Shown piece by piece: positions 38,465 to 48,325 of a stretch of DNA of 64,000 bases. Source of the stretch: Candidatus Poribacteria bacterium (lineage in GTDB: Bacteria; Poribacteria; WGA-4E; WGA-3G); the NCBI GenBank assembly GCA_965242965.1, contig OZ251518.1:2848001-2912000 (forward strand), in the 5' to 3' direction. How positions within the stretch are numbered: position 1 is the stretch's first letter; each line of letters opens with the position of its first letter. Both the position numbers and the translations under genes were made by a program. The notes under the pieces were generated by a model, which did no database searches, was not told the DNA's origin, and saw only the letters and a list, made by a program, of their open reading frames with translations.

Positions 38465-38977
38465 CTACAGCGCAGAGACTAATCGGATATCAGCTAACCG
38501 CAAGACATAAGCATCTTGACGAAAACCGTAGTAATTCTTCCGGATACGACAGATGCGGAATCCGAATCGCCGATAGAGCGCATGCGCCGCCACATTCGCA
38601 ACATCTACTTCCAAGAAGACCTGGCGGCCACCGCTCGCCGCTATCATTTCCAACGTCGCAGTAAGGATATATTTGGCAATTCCGCGCCGCCGATAGGCAG
38701 CGGCGACAGCGAGATTGTCAAGATGGCCCTCATCGCAGATTATCCGAAACACAACGTATCCCACGATTTGCTCGCTGAGGCGCGCGACGTAAAGATGTTC
38801 GTTCGGCTTCGGTTTGCGGAGTGCTATTCGGAAAAAGGAGGCATTCCACGGAGTGGTGAATGCCTCCTTTTCAATCGCCATGACCTGGGGCAGATCTGCC
38901 AATTGCATTCTCTCAAAAACCAGGTCTGGGAGGGTAGATGCGCTACGCGGAGGGTTATTACCAAACGTTTTTTCCAT
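38465..38977 (-). CDS. rimI: RimI-like N-acetyltransferase
   Basis: M..ADL..V..IE..AF..PW, EGHLDNLAV...RRRGIA, FLEV...N..A..LYRRFGF, RKNYY, DAYV. Confidence 0.85.
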   Translation of the reverse strand: MEKTFGNNPPRSASTLPDLVFERMQLADLPQVMAIEKEAFTTPWNASFFRIALRKPKPNEHLYVARLSEQIVGYVVFRIICDEGHLDNLAVAAAYRRRGIAKYILTATLEMIAASGGRQVFLEVDVANVAAHALYRRFGFRICRIRKNYYGFRQDAYVLRLADIRLVSAL

Positions 38978-38985
38978 GAGGTGCC

Positions 38986-40335
38986 CTATTTCGCCAAGTC
39001 GCGCGCTTCTCTAAATTTCCGCTTTGCGAATTGCCCCCACTCTTTCAGTTTCTGGTTGCGGAAGCCCGGGTCTTTCCATTCGGTGCTAGCGAACTGCATC
39101 GCCTCTTCTTCGGATAGCGGTATCTGCGTGAGTGCCGCGATGGCTGCCTCGCGCTTCGCAACGTCTCGGCATTCCCCAATTGCCTTCCACGCGTCCACCA
39201 ACTCTTTGTGCGAGTCGATAATCAGCACGCCAAAGAGGTCATTGACGATATCCCACCGAGTCCCGCCTTTGTCCGCGTCGTATTGAAACGGCGTGAAGCC
39301 GAGGGTGAACGGATTTGTGACGATGCACCGGTCACCGAGTTTATCGTAGAGTGCAGGGAGGACGCTGGCACGGTTCAAACCGCCTTCCCACTCCGGTCCT
39401 TCCGGGTCACTGTCAGGCAGCATCCAGAGTTTTTGTCCGCGTTCGGAGAGGACGAATTCCATGAACCTTCGCGCGACTTCCAGATTCGGCGCGCCTTTGA
39501 GGATAGCGATGGAGTCGGGATTGACAACCGTTCCATCACTCGGCATGACGTATTTGATCTTATCCGCGCCGACAACGACAATCTGTCCGTAGGCGTAAAA
39601 ATCGATCGCCATGCCATAAATGACATCACCGGCGACTACGTCTTTCGGAATGGCGTTCGCCCCGGCAGAGAATCTTCGGACGTTTCCGCCGATTTTTGTG
39701 AGGAGCGCGAAGCCGTCTTCCCAACCGTGCGTCTGGAGGATAATTTCATACATCATGTGCGCGGAGCCGCTCTCTCTCGGGTCGGCGGCACCGATGTTCC
39801 TGAGGAGTGCGGTGTCGCCTAAATCCTGCCACGTTTTCGCCGCAGGGAGCCCGAGCAAGGCGCGGAGCTCTTCGTTGAACATGATGCCGAAACTTGATAA
39901 CGCCGCGCCATACCAACGGTATTCGGCATCGTAAACGGGAATACCGTGGAAGGATTGCGGAATCTGTTCTAGCTGCGCTTCCGGGAGTTTATAGGGGCTC
40001 AAGAGGTTTTGCGCGGCGAGGCGCAGGTAACTATCGGTGCCGCCGCCGAAGAACATGTCGATGTCAATGCCTTCGGGGACGCGTTTAAACTCCGAGTCAA
40101 TGAACCGGTAGTTAGAGGAGGTGCCGCCGAGATCTCGCCAATCTAGTTTGACCTCCCTGCCGGTCTGCTCTTGATACCAAGCCGTGAAATTTCTGTCAAA
40201 TTCTGTCTGAATGCCCTCCGAGTGCGGTGAGATGATGACGAGTGCATCTTGCGCAAATAGGGCAGTGGGCAGTGTCATCAGACAGAACACTATTCCGATT
40301 AAGCACTCTAGCGGAGTGCGATGTCTATAGAACAC
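38986..40335 (-). CDS. ABC transporter substrate-binding protein (Fe3+/thiamine-like cluster)
   Basis: GTG after AAAGGAG; IISPH, DMFFGGG, ADPRESGS, NPDSIAILKGAPN...A.RF.EFVLS..GQ. Confidence 0.85.
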   Translation of the reverse strand: MFYRHRTPLECLIGIVFCLMTLPTALFAQDALVIISPHSEGIQTEFDRNFTAWYQEQTGREVKLDWRDLGGTSSNYRFIDSEFKRVPEGIDIDMFFGGGTDSYLRLAAQNLLSPYKLPEAQLEQIPQSFHGIPVYDAEYRWYGAALSSFGIMFNEELRALLGLPAAKTWQDLGDTALLRNIGAADPRESGSAHMMYEIILQTHGWEDGFALLTKIGGNVRRFSAGANAIPKDVVAGDVIYGMAIDFYAYGQIVVVGADKIKYVMPSDGTVVNPDSIAILKGAPNLEVARRFMEFVLSERGQKLWMLPDSDPEGPEWEGGLNRASVLPALYDKLGDRCIVTNPFTLGFTPFQYDADKGGTRWDIVNDLFGVLIIDSHKELVDAWKAIGECRDVAKREAAIAALTQIPLSEEEAMQFASTEWKDPGFRNQKLKEWGQFAKRKFREARDLAK

Positions 40336-40384
40336 AGGTTTGATTCTCCTTTTTTTATTATGCGGGTTCCGCTCGCTATGTAGC

Positions 40385-40800
40385 GATCGCGGGGGACAGG
40401 CCCCCGCGCTACGATGGAAAAAAACGTGCTGCTTACCGTAGGGCGAGGGCCTGTCCCTCGCCATGCAACGATCGCGGGGGAAACCCGCTCGGATGCGCGT
40501 GTGGCATCCGAGGGCCCCCGCGCTACGGTATCTCTGACCTTCCCCTTCACCGTAGGGCGAGGGCCTGTCCCTCGCCATGCAACGATCGCGGAGGAAACGG
40601 CGTGGGCTGGCGTGCGATTTTCGCGCAGATCGGGCGATCGCGGGGGACAGGCCCCCGCGCTACGGTATGCAAGGCCGTCTCCGTTTTACCGTAGGGCGAG
40701 GGCCTGTCCCTCGCCATGCGTCATTCCCCCTGTAGGTCAGGATCGCCTGATCCTGACCCGTTCGAGATCAGGCGATCTCGAACTACAGAGAGTGGCCCAA
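40385..40800. repeat. REP mosaic
   Basis: Alternating inverted GTAG palindromes. Confidence 0.85.
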
Positions 40801-40819
40801 TGCCTTTTTCTAGCGGTAT

Positions 40820-40954
40820 TTACAATCGTGACACAATCACCGGCATTTTCCACACGAGGATGATAATGCCGACGAGCAAGATGAGATACCACACGATGAG
40901 GTTGCGGATGCGCGTCCGCTTAAAGATAGGACGGCGCGGGCGTTGTAATTTCAT
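40820..40954 (-). CDS. Putative 44-aa single-pass membrane protein
   Basis: Manual translation MKLQRPRRPIFKRTRIRNLIVWYLILLVGIIILVWKMPVIVSRL; basic N-terminus plus one TM; co-oriented between genes. Confidence 0.55.
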   Translation of the reverse strand: MKLQRPRRPIFKRTRIRNLIVWYLILLVGIIILVWKMPVIVSRL

Positions 40955-41008
40955 TTTTCTGTTGTTCGCGAGGCGTTCGATGGACGTTATCCGTGCAACG
41001 TAGCCCAG

Positions 41009-41953
41009 TCATTGACGTTTCTTCCACGGGGTTGAGATGCCGTGTTTGACGGCTTTGATGCTGGAAATCCCGTAATCAAAGACATCTTCGATATTGAATT
41101 CAAAGCCTTCATAGCTGACTTTTTCGCCAGAGCGAGGCAATCTGCCGAGCAGCATGAGGATAAATCCGCCGATAGTATCGCACTGGTTTGTTGCGATGCG
41201 GATGCCTAATTCAAGGTTGACATCGGCGATGGCGGCACGTGCATCGAGCCGCCACGCGCCCTTGCCGAGATTCTCAACGCGCGGCGCATCGCGCTTCCGA
41301 TTCCCGGCTATATCACCAACGATTTTCTCTAAAATATCGATTAATTCGACGAACCCGACGCAACTGCCGTGCTCGTTTATTACGATTGCAACCGGCATCT
41401 CTGCCTGCCGGAGCTCCTCTAACAACTCCATCGCAGGCTTTACTTCAGGGACATAATACGCCTCCCTGACGAAAGATGAGAGTTCCTCAAAATGCTGTCC
41501 GGTTGCAAGCACCTCCACGGTGTTGACGATGCCGAGGAGCCAGTCAATCCGTTCGTTATAGATAGGGATGTAGCGGTAGTTGAATTCGTGATAGAGTTCT
41601 CGGACTTCGGCGGAGGTGGAAGCCACGGTCAGCGCGACTATCTCCGATAGCGGCACCATTACCTCGCGTGTTGTCCGCGTCGTCAAAGAGAAGACAGCGC
41701 GCAGGAGCTGCGCCTCCTTTTCGGGAAACGCCGCAATGTTCTCCAACAGGAGTCTTCCAAGTTGCTCGCGGGAGGGTGCCGCTTTCCGTTTTAAGCCGCC
41801 GAAGAACCCTTTCTTCTGTTGGTTTACCTCATGTTCGTCATAGACGACGAGTGCTTCAGTATCAACGAATTCAACGTTCGCGTTTTCGGGATTGCCCGTT
41901 TGTGCGAGGTTATTTTTTGGGTCTGGATTTCGGGTTTTTGTATCCTTTTTCAT
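41009..41953 (-). CDS. CBS-domain/CorC-HlyC transporter-associated protein
   Basis: REVMVPL, YYVPE.K, AIVINEHG..VG.V.L.DILEKIVGDI, DTIGGFI...LGRLP; no N-terminal DUF21 TM segment. Confidence 0.88.
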   Translation of the reverse strand: MKKDTKTRNPDPKNNLAQTGNPENANVEFVDTEALVVYDEHEVNQQKKGFFGGLKRKAAPSREQLGRLLLENIAAFPEKEAQLLRAVFSLTTRTTREVMVPLSEIVALTVASTSAEVRELYHEFNYRYIPIYNERIDWLLGIVNTVEVLATGQHFEELSSFVREAYYVPEVKPAMELLEELRQAEMPVAIVINEHGSCVGFVELIDILEKIVGDIAGNRKRDAPRVENLGKGAWRLDARAAIADVNLELGIRIATNQCDTIGGFILMLLGRLPRSGEKVSYEGFEFNIEDVFDYGISSIKAVKHGISTPWKKRQ

Positions 41954-41984
41954 AACGCAACTCCTTGTGACGATATTTTGAAAA

Positions 41985-42495
41985 ATCGAGACCAGGAGGT
42001 CTCTCCTACGGCATAAAACTGAGGGCGTTTCATAAATCGCTCAACGTCGCGGGGCTGCCCCCGCGCTACGATGAAAAAACGCTTCCCCTTCACGTAGGGC
42101 GAGGGCCCTCGCATGCCACACGCGCATGCGAGAGGGTTCCCCTCGCCAGGCAGCGATCGCGGGGGACAGGCCCCCGCGCTACGGTAAAAAAAACCGTCCC
42201 CTTCACCGTAGGGCGAGGGCCCTCGCATGCCACACGCACATCCGAGAGGGTTCCCCTCGCCATCCGTTTTGCTGTCAAACCTCATCACCCCGGTAGCTCA
42301 GGATCGTCTGAAGTTCTGGCATCCCTGCCAAACGATCCTGAACCGTTCGGGAGCGGGTGCTCCCGAACTACAGAGGTGGGCCCGATGCCTTCCGGTAGGA
42401 GGGACATCCTTGTCCCGATACCACATTCTCCCGGTAGGAGGGACATCCCTGTCCCGATACGTTGAAAAATCGAGACCAGAGGTCTCTCCTACCGC
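41985..42495. repeat. REP mosaic with left TIR at about 42020
   Basis: TGAGGGCGTTTCATAAATCGCTCAACG followed by several REP classes. Confidence 0.85.
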
Positions 42496-42530
42496 ATAAT
42501 AACGCAAAACGTCGCGTGGCGGTTTCAGAA

Positions 42531-43340
42531 TCACACGGAAGCGGTGAGCGTCAACGCCGTTTTTCCACCGAGCCCAGCGACGACAGGAAACGTGCGTGCG
42601 GCCGGTTTGCCACCTTTCGGCACATACCGGACCTGGGGCGAAAAATAGGCGTAAAGCGCGGTGTTCCGCGAGTTCGGTGAAGTATTCGGGCCGGAACCGT
42701 GCACCATGAGGCTATGGAAAAATAGCGCGCTCCCTGCGGAGAGCGGGACATCTATTTGCTGTTCGGCGACATCCCCCCGGTCCGTCAATGCCTCATCCTG
42801 TTCGCGCGCGATGTGTCCCCACGTCTGCATGCCCCACAGATGGCTTTTTGGAATCACCTTAAAACAGCCGTTTTCGGGGGTTGCATCGTTGAGGGCGATG
42901 CTTACCGTGACGAGGTTCGGCGGCTCCATCGGCCAATAGGCAGAATCCTGATGTAACCCGTGCGAAGAGCCGTGGAACGCCGGTTTAAACATCAAGGTGC
43001 TTCTAAACAGCAGCAAATCCTCGCCGATTAAGTCCTGGACGACACTGATGAGTTTCGGATGCTGTGCCAGATGCCGGAACACTTCGGAATACTCGCGCGT
43101 GTTTTCCGCCTTCCGCAGCACCGGCAACTTATCGCCTTGCGTTTCGTCTTTGGCAAAAGGTTCGTGTTGGACGTGCCGGCGTGCGACATCCGCTACCGCT
43201 TTCTCGGCGGCAGCTTCTTGTCCAGCGGCGAATTGGTGCAGACGAAGAATCTCGTTTTGACAGTCCGCAATCTCCGTTGGTGACAACAGGTTTTCGACGA
43301 TGAGATAGCCCTCTTTTTGAAAAGACGTTTTGAAATCCAT
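42531..43340 (-). CDS. Phytanoyl-CoA dioxygenase (PhyH) family protein
   Basis: FQKEGYL, FKP, HQD..YW, IALNDAT.ENGC..VIP.SH, HGSGPNTS..SR. Confidence 0.92.
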   Translation of the reverse strand: MDFKTSFQKEGYLIVENLLSPTEIADCQNEILRLHQFAAGQEAAAEKAVADVARRHVQHEPFAKDETQGDKLPVLRKAENTREYSEVFRHLAQHPKLISVVQDLIGEDLLLFRSTLMFKPAFHGSSHGLHQDSAYWPMEPPNLVTVSIALNDATPENGCFKVIPKSHLWGMQTWGHIAREQDEALTDRGDVAEQQIDVPLSAGSALFFHSLMVHGSGPNTSPNSRNTALYAYFSPQVRYVPKGGKPAARTFPVVAGLGGKTALTLTASV

Positions 43341-43341
43341 T

Positions 43342-44808
43342 TTATCCTCCGATGAGTTGTTTCACTTCCCAGACAATGCTTGAAATAGCGAAGCCGATGT
43401 AGACGCATGAAGCGATGAGCATCATGATAGTGGAAAACCGCTTTGGTTTCGCGAAGTCAGGCAGAAAACGGCGGTTCATGTAGAGCGTGAGCGGCACATA
43501 GAGTGCCATCGCAAAACCGCCCATGTAGGCTGCGTTAAAGAGAAATCCTAATTCGCTGACATGCAGCTGCTCCATCACGAACGTAATTGCGCACCCGCCG
43601 ACAATCCAGATGCCAGCGATGATGAGATACCACCAACTCAGGTTGCGTTTCTGCGCGCCACGAAAGTTGGTGTAGATTATATCCGAAATAGAACGTGCCA
43701 CGCCATCAACGAGCGCGAGTTGCGTGCCGAAAAGCGTCGCCACGCCGACGAGGAGGAAGATGCGCTTCCCGGGCTCCCCCCAGATTTTGCCTAAGATGTT
43801 CGCCTCGTCATAAATGAGCTGCCCTGCTTCCGGCACAATTCCTTCTGGCCGCAAAACGGCAAGCGCGCCGAAAATGAAAAGCAGAATTGTGAAGGTGTTC
43901 AGTGCCCAGAAGAAAAGCATCTGGTCGCGTTTGACATAAGTCCACCACGCTGTGAACCGCTGGCGGTTCTCTGCCGTATCCTCAAACAGAAACCCGCTAG
44001 TCGGAACCGTTTCGGTTCTGCCGCGCAGTGGGTTTTGAAGCACCGGCAACTGCGCGCCCATCCCGATGTTTTTATCTCGCAAATAGAACGTATAGAAGAG
44101 ATTGGCGGTGCCGCCCGCGCCCGCGAATACCAGCGCGATAAAGAGTTGCTTCACCGACATATCGGGATGCTTGTAACCGACATTGACTAAGCCCGCGCCC
44201 AACTCGCGCCACGTCTCCAGCGAACCGACAGCAATCGCAACGACAACGAGGCCAATCGTGACGATGGCAACAAGTGCTTCTACGGTGTGTTCGACAGACT
44301 GATACACCATCTTCGGCCCGAAGAGGATGAGCGCGACAGCCGTGAAGGTGACGATTGTCCAGAACGTATCGGAACCCCAACCCCCGGGTCCGAGAATCAG
44401 TGCCTTGAGCGCGAGTCCCGATGCACGTGCCCAGCCCGGTGCAATCCAGCCGACGATAGTCAACAGGATGAACAGCGGTGCGAAGCCGCGCCAGATGCGG
44501 CTGTATCCTGTATAGACAGTCTCCCCGGTGGCGATTGTCCAGCGTCCCACCTCAAAGTTAATCCAGAGTTGGAGGAATACACCGAGCACCGCCGCCCATA
44601 TCATGCTGCCGCCATACTGCGCGGCGATGCGGGGCCATATCACGATTTCACCCGCACCAATGGATAACCCGACTAAGATGGCACCGGGGCCTGCAATCTT
44701 CCAGAAGGGCAACTTCTTTTCGGGCAGTTCAACGATTTTGAACGCCTCCAGCGGTTGATAAAGTTTTTTGTTCGCAATGCGTGCGATGAGGGTTTTCAGT
44801 GCAATCAT
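43342..44808 (-). CDS. Nramp/APC-superfamily-like membrane transporter
   Basis: GPGAILVGLSIGAGE, E.GRWT.ATGE, about 11 TMs. Confidence 0.8.
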   Translation of the reverse strand: MIALKTLIARIANKKLYQPLEAFKIVELPEKKLPFWKIAGPGAILVGLSIGAGEIVIWPRIAAQYGGSMIWAAVLGVFLQLWINFEVGRWTIATGETVYTGYSRIWRGFAPLFILLTIVGWIAPGWARASGLALKALILGPGGWGSDTFWTIVTFTAVALILFGPKMVYQSVEHTVEALVAIVTIGLVVVAIAVGSLETWRELGAGLVNVGYKHPDMSVKQLFIALVFAGAGGTANLFYTFYLRDKNIGMGAQLPVLQNPLRGRTETVPTSGFLFEDTAENRQRFTAWWTYVKRDQMLFFWALNTFTILLFIFGALAVLRPEGIVPEAGQLIYDEANILGKIWGEPGKRIFLLVGVATLFGTQLALVDGVARSISDIIYTNFRGAQKRNLSWWYLIIAGIWIVGGCAITFVMEQLHVSELGFLFNAAYMGGFAMALYVPLTLYMNRRFLPDFAKPKRFSTIMMLIASCVYIGFAISSIVWEVKQLIGG

Positions 44809-44874
44809 ATCTCCAACGCTCCATCAACGCCGACGATGACTACGTTCTCGGTGCTCATGTGATTGTGACAGATG

Positions 44875-47826
44875 TCACTGTGACAAATGTATCGCCTCGC
44901 GTAACACTTCAATGGGGTGCTTCGGCAGCACACCGGTACCGTGTTCTAACTGATGCCGACAGGAGAAACCGGGTGCAGTGAGCGTGACACCGTCCGCCAA
45001 TTTTTCACGGACGGTTGGGAAAAGCCGCAGTTCCCCAATTTTCATAGAGAGTTCATAATGACTCTTTTCATAACCGAATCCGCCTGCCATGCCACAGCAG
45101 CTGGAATCAATCACCGTGACATCGTGTCCGGGCGGTAAACTGAGCATCTGCACCGTCGGTTGGATACCGACAAGGGCGCGTTGGTGGCAGTGTCCGTGTA
45201 GCAAAACGTCGCGCGCTTCCTCGGCAAACGTGAGGGACACTTGTCCGTCTTCATGCAGTTGCGCGATGAATTCTTCAAACGAACAGGTGGCCTGCGCAAC
45301 CTGTTTTGCAGCCGGTGTGTTGATGAGTTCCACGTAATCATCGGTGATTGCGGAGGTGCAACTCGGTTCACACGCGATAATCGGCACACCTTCGTTGGCA
45401 TATTGGCTGAGCGAGGCGATGTTGTAACGCGCGTTTTCAATGGCCCTATCCAGCATGCCTTCTGAAATGAGCGGGCGGCCGCAACACCGCTTCTCCGGTA
45501 AGATGACGGTGAACCCTAACGCTTCCAACACCTCAACGGCTGCCTTGCCGATGGCAGGTTCGCTGTAGTTCATGAACGTATCGGCAAATAACACCACAGT
45601 GCGGTGGTTAGTAGGCGCGCTTTGTAAGCGCGCTTTTGATGTTTTGCGGAACCACTGCGTGAAAGTGGGCCGGACAAACGTCGGCATATCGCGTCGTCTG
45701 TCTACACCGAGGAATTTCTCGGCGAGCCATTTTGCGAGCGTGTTGTTCACTGCCCAACTAGAAAAAGGCGCGAACGCCGAACCGAATGGGGCCAGCGAGG
45801 CAATCTCCCCGAACATCCGCCGATGCAACGGCAGCCCATTCGCCTTGTGGTAATGCGCCAGCACCTCATACTTAATCTTCGCCATATCCACGTTAGAGGG
45901 ACACTCCGCCTTGCACGCCTTGCATCCGAGGCATAAATCTAGCACTTCATTGAGCCGCTCGCTGGTAAATTCAGTGTGCGGCAAGGCACCCGAAATAACG
46001 GAACGGAGCGCGTTCGCGCGGCCACGCGTGGAATGCTCTTCTTCGCGAGTACCGATGAAGGAGGGACACATCGTGCCGGTAAGCGTCTTTCTGCACGCGC
46101 CGACTCCGTTGCACATCTCAATCGCTCTACCGAAGCCATCTTGGCTGGAGAAATCGTAGTAGGTATCAATTTCAATGGTGTTGTATTTCGCCCCGAATCG
46201 GAGGTTTTCTGTCATCGGCGGCGCATCGATGATTTTGCCGGGGTTCATGATACCCCTCGGGTCGAAGGCGTTTTTCACCTCGCGGAGTGCTTGGTAAATC
46301 TGCGCGCCGAACATACTCTCCAGCCACTCGCTTCGGACGAGCCCATCGCCGTGTTCGCCACTCATCGCGCCATCAAGTTCCATGAGCAGGTCGCGCACTT
46401 CGCGCGCGATGCTGTGCATCTTCAGAATGTCCGCCTCGGACTTCAGGTTCACAATCGGCCGGTTGTGCAGCAGCCCGACGCTGGCGTGCGCGTAATAGGC
46501 TGCCGTCGTCCCGTGCGCGGTGACAATCTCGTCAAAGCGGCGGACATATTCGGGGAGGTTTTCAATCGGCACGGCGGCATCCTCCACGAAGCCCACCGGC
46601 TTTGCATCCCCCTTCATGCCCATCAGCAAACCGAGTCCAGCCTTCCGAGTCTCCCAGACGCGCGCTTTCTCTTCTGCCGTGAAACACCGCACGAATGCGT
46701 AACCGAATCCCGCGCTTTTCAACGTCTTCTCAAGGCTATCTAACTGCGCGTGCAGTTCCGCCGCCGAGTCACCATAGAATTCCACGGCGAGGAGTGCCGC
46801 CGGTTCTCCCTGTATAAAGGTGGTAACGCGTGAAAATTCCAGCGAACTGCGCGTCATATCAAGTATCGTTTTGTCGATGAGCTCCACCGCTGTCGGTTTG
46901 CACGCCAAGATGGGTTGCATCGCCTCCATAGCGGCGACGAGCGTCTCAAAATGCACGACGCAGAGAACCGTCATTTTTGGCACGGGGACGAGATTCACCG
47001 TCGCCTCAACGGTAGTAGCAAGCGTGCCTTCCGAACCGACGAGAATCTTCGTCAGACTAAAGGGATGTTCGGCATCGCAACCATCACGGCGATAAGGGGT
47101 TACCTCTTTGGAGCCGGCATCGGGGACAAACTCGTCAAGGTTATAGCCGGCGACGCGGCGCAGGATGCGCGGGTATCTCTTCCGAATCTCATCGGCGTTT
47201 TCGTTACAAATGCGGCAGAGTTCGCGATAAATGTTCGCCTCTAACGCATTGCCCTGCTGTTTTGCCGCCAATTCCGCCAGCGAAATCGGGGATGCCGTTA
47301 TCTCATCAGCGTTGGAAAGCACTAGGTTAAGCGACATCACATGATCGAGCGTTTTACCGTAGATGAGTGAATGCGAGCCAGCAGAGTTATTCCCGATGGT
47401 GCCGCCGACGTTCGCGCGACTGCTAGTGGCGACATCGGGGGCATACATCAGCCCATGCGGTTTGAGACGGTGGTTCAACTCGTCCAGCACGATGCCGGGT
47501 TGCACACGCGCCCACTGCTCCTCAACGTTCACTTCCAGGAGCGCGTTCATGTATTTGGACATATCTAGCACAATCGCCTCGCCGACGCTCTGTCCAGCGA
47601 GACTGGTGCCGCCGCCGCGCGGCAAAATCGGCACATCGCGCTCAGCGGCGATTTGCACCGTTGTGATAACGTCCTGTTGATGCTTTGGAATGACGACACC
47701 TATCGGCTGCATCTGGTAGAGACTGGCATCCGTGCTGTAGAGTGCTTTGGAATACCGGTCAAATCGGACTTCCCCGTCCAGTGCATCAGTGAGGCATCGT
47801 TCAAGTTCCGGGGTGGAGGTGTTCAT
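44875..47826 (-). CDS. FAD-binding Fe-S oxidoreductase (GlcD/YdiJ-like)
   Basis: YSTDAS, RGGGTSL.GQ, GSEGTL, GEHGDG, NPGKI, CNGVGAC, CLGCKACKAECP, CCG, HGHCHQ. Confidence 0.93.
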   Translation of the reverse strand: MNTSTPELERCLTDALDGEVRFDRYSKALYSTDASLYQMQPIGVVIPKHQQDVITTVQIAAERDVPILPRGGGTSLAGQSVGEAIVLDMSKYMNALLEVNVEEQWARVQPGIVLDELNHRLKPHGLMYAPDVATSSRANVGGTIGNNSAGSHSLIYGKTLDHVMSLNLVLSNADEITASPISLAELAAKQQGNALEANIYRELCRICNENADEIRKRYPRILRRVAGYNLDEFVPDAGSKEVTPYRRDGCDAEHPFSLTKILVGSEGTLATTVEATVNLVPVPKMTVLCVVHFETLVAAMEAMQPILACKPTAVELIDKTILDMTRSSLEFSRVTTFIQGEPAALLAVEFYGDSAAELHAQLDSLEKTLKSAGFGYAFVRCFTAEEKARVWETRKAGLGLLMGMKGDAKPVGFVEDAAVPIENLPEYVRRFDEIVTAHGTTAAYYAHASVGLLHNRPIVNLKSEADILKMHSIAREVRDLLMELDGAMSGEHGDGLVRSEWLESMFGAQIYQALREVKNAFDPRGIMNPGKIIDAPPMTENLRFGAKYNTIEIDTYYDFSSQDGFGRAIEMCNGVGACRKTLTGTMCPSFIGTREEEHSTRGRANALRSVISGALPHTEFTSERLNEVLDLCLGCKACKAECPSNVDMAKIKYEVLAHYHKANGLPLHRRMFGEIASLAPFGSAFAPFSSWAVNNTLAKWLAEKFLGVDRRRDMPTFVRPTFTQWFRKTSKARLQSAPTNHRTVVLFADTFMNYSEPAIGKAAVEVLEALGFTVILPEKRCCGRPLISEGMLDRAIENARYNIASLSQYANEGVPIIACEPSCTSAITDDYVELINTPAAKQVAQATCSFEEFIAQLHEDGQVSLTFAEEARDVLLHGHCHQRALVGIQPTVQMLSLPPGHDVTVIDSSCCGMAGGFGYEKSHYELSMKIGELRLFPTVREKLADGVTLTAPGFSCRHQLEHGTGVLPKHPIEVLREAIHLSQ

Positions 47827-47951
47827 ATTTGTCTAAAAATGGATAATCGTTTATTTTCCCTTACAATTTCGCGAAATGTGGTAAAAAAAGTGAAAAAGTG
47901 ACAAAAAAATTTGACATTGCCGCGAAAATGTGGTATAATTAATATCATAAC

Positions 47952-48035
47952 GCCCCTGTGGTGGAATTTGGTATACACAGCAGGTTGAGGGCCTGTGCCT
48001 TAATTGGCATGCTGGTTCGAGTCCAGTCGGGGGCA
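47952..48035 (+). tRNA. tRNA-Leu(GAG)
   Basis: GCCCCTG/CGGGGGC acceptor stem, GCAGG-TTGAGGG-CCTGT anticodon arm, long variable arm, GGTTCGAGTCC; TTGACA-17-TATAAT upstream. Confidence 0.92.
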
Positions 48036-48052
48036 TTTTTTGTTGTTCGCGA

Positions 48053-48315
48053 TTTTTTGTTGTTCGCGAGGCGTTCGATGGAGATTTCGCGGACAATCAC
48101 GTTTGTCTGCGTAACCCGTCATTGACGTTGTCAATGACTTTTTTGTTGTTCGCGAGGCGTTCGATAGAAATTTCGCGGACAATTACGTTTGTCTGCGTAA
48201 CCCGTCATCGGCGTTGCCGATGACTTTTTTTATTGTTCGCGAGGCGTTCGATAGAGATTTCGGGGACAATCAAGTTTGTCTGCGTAACCCGTCATCGGCG
48301 TTGCCGATGACTACA
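48053..48315. repeat. Three tandem copies of an 86-87 bp unit downstream of tRNA-Leu
   Basis: TTGTTCGCGAGGCGTTCGAT...GTCATCGGCGTTGCCGATGAC; CGCGAGGCG at about 48065, 48151 and 48238. Confidence 0.9.
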
Positions 48316-48325
48316 GTTATGATTT

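Noticed and set aside
48053-48315. Tandem repeat as a CRISPR array or prophage att site
   Set aside because: The whole unit repeats with no unique spacers; no integrase and no duplicated tRNA 3' end
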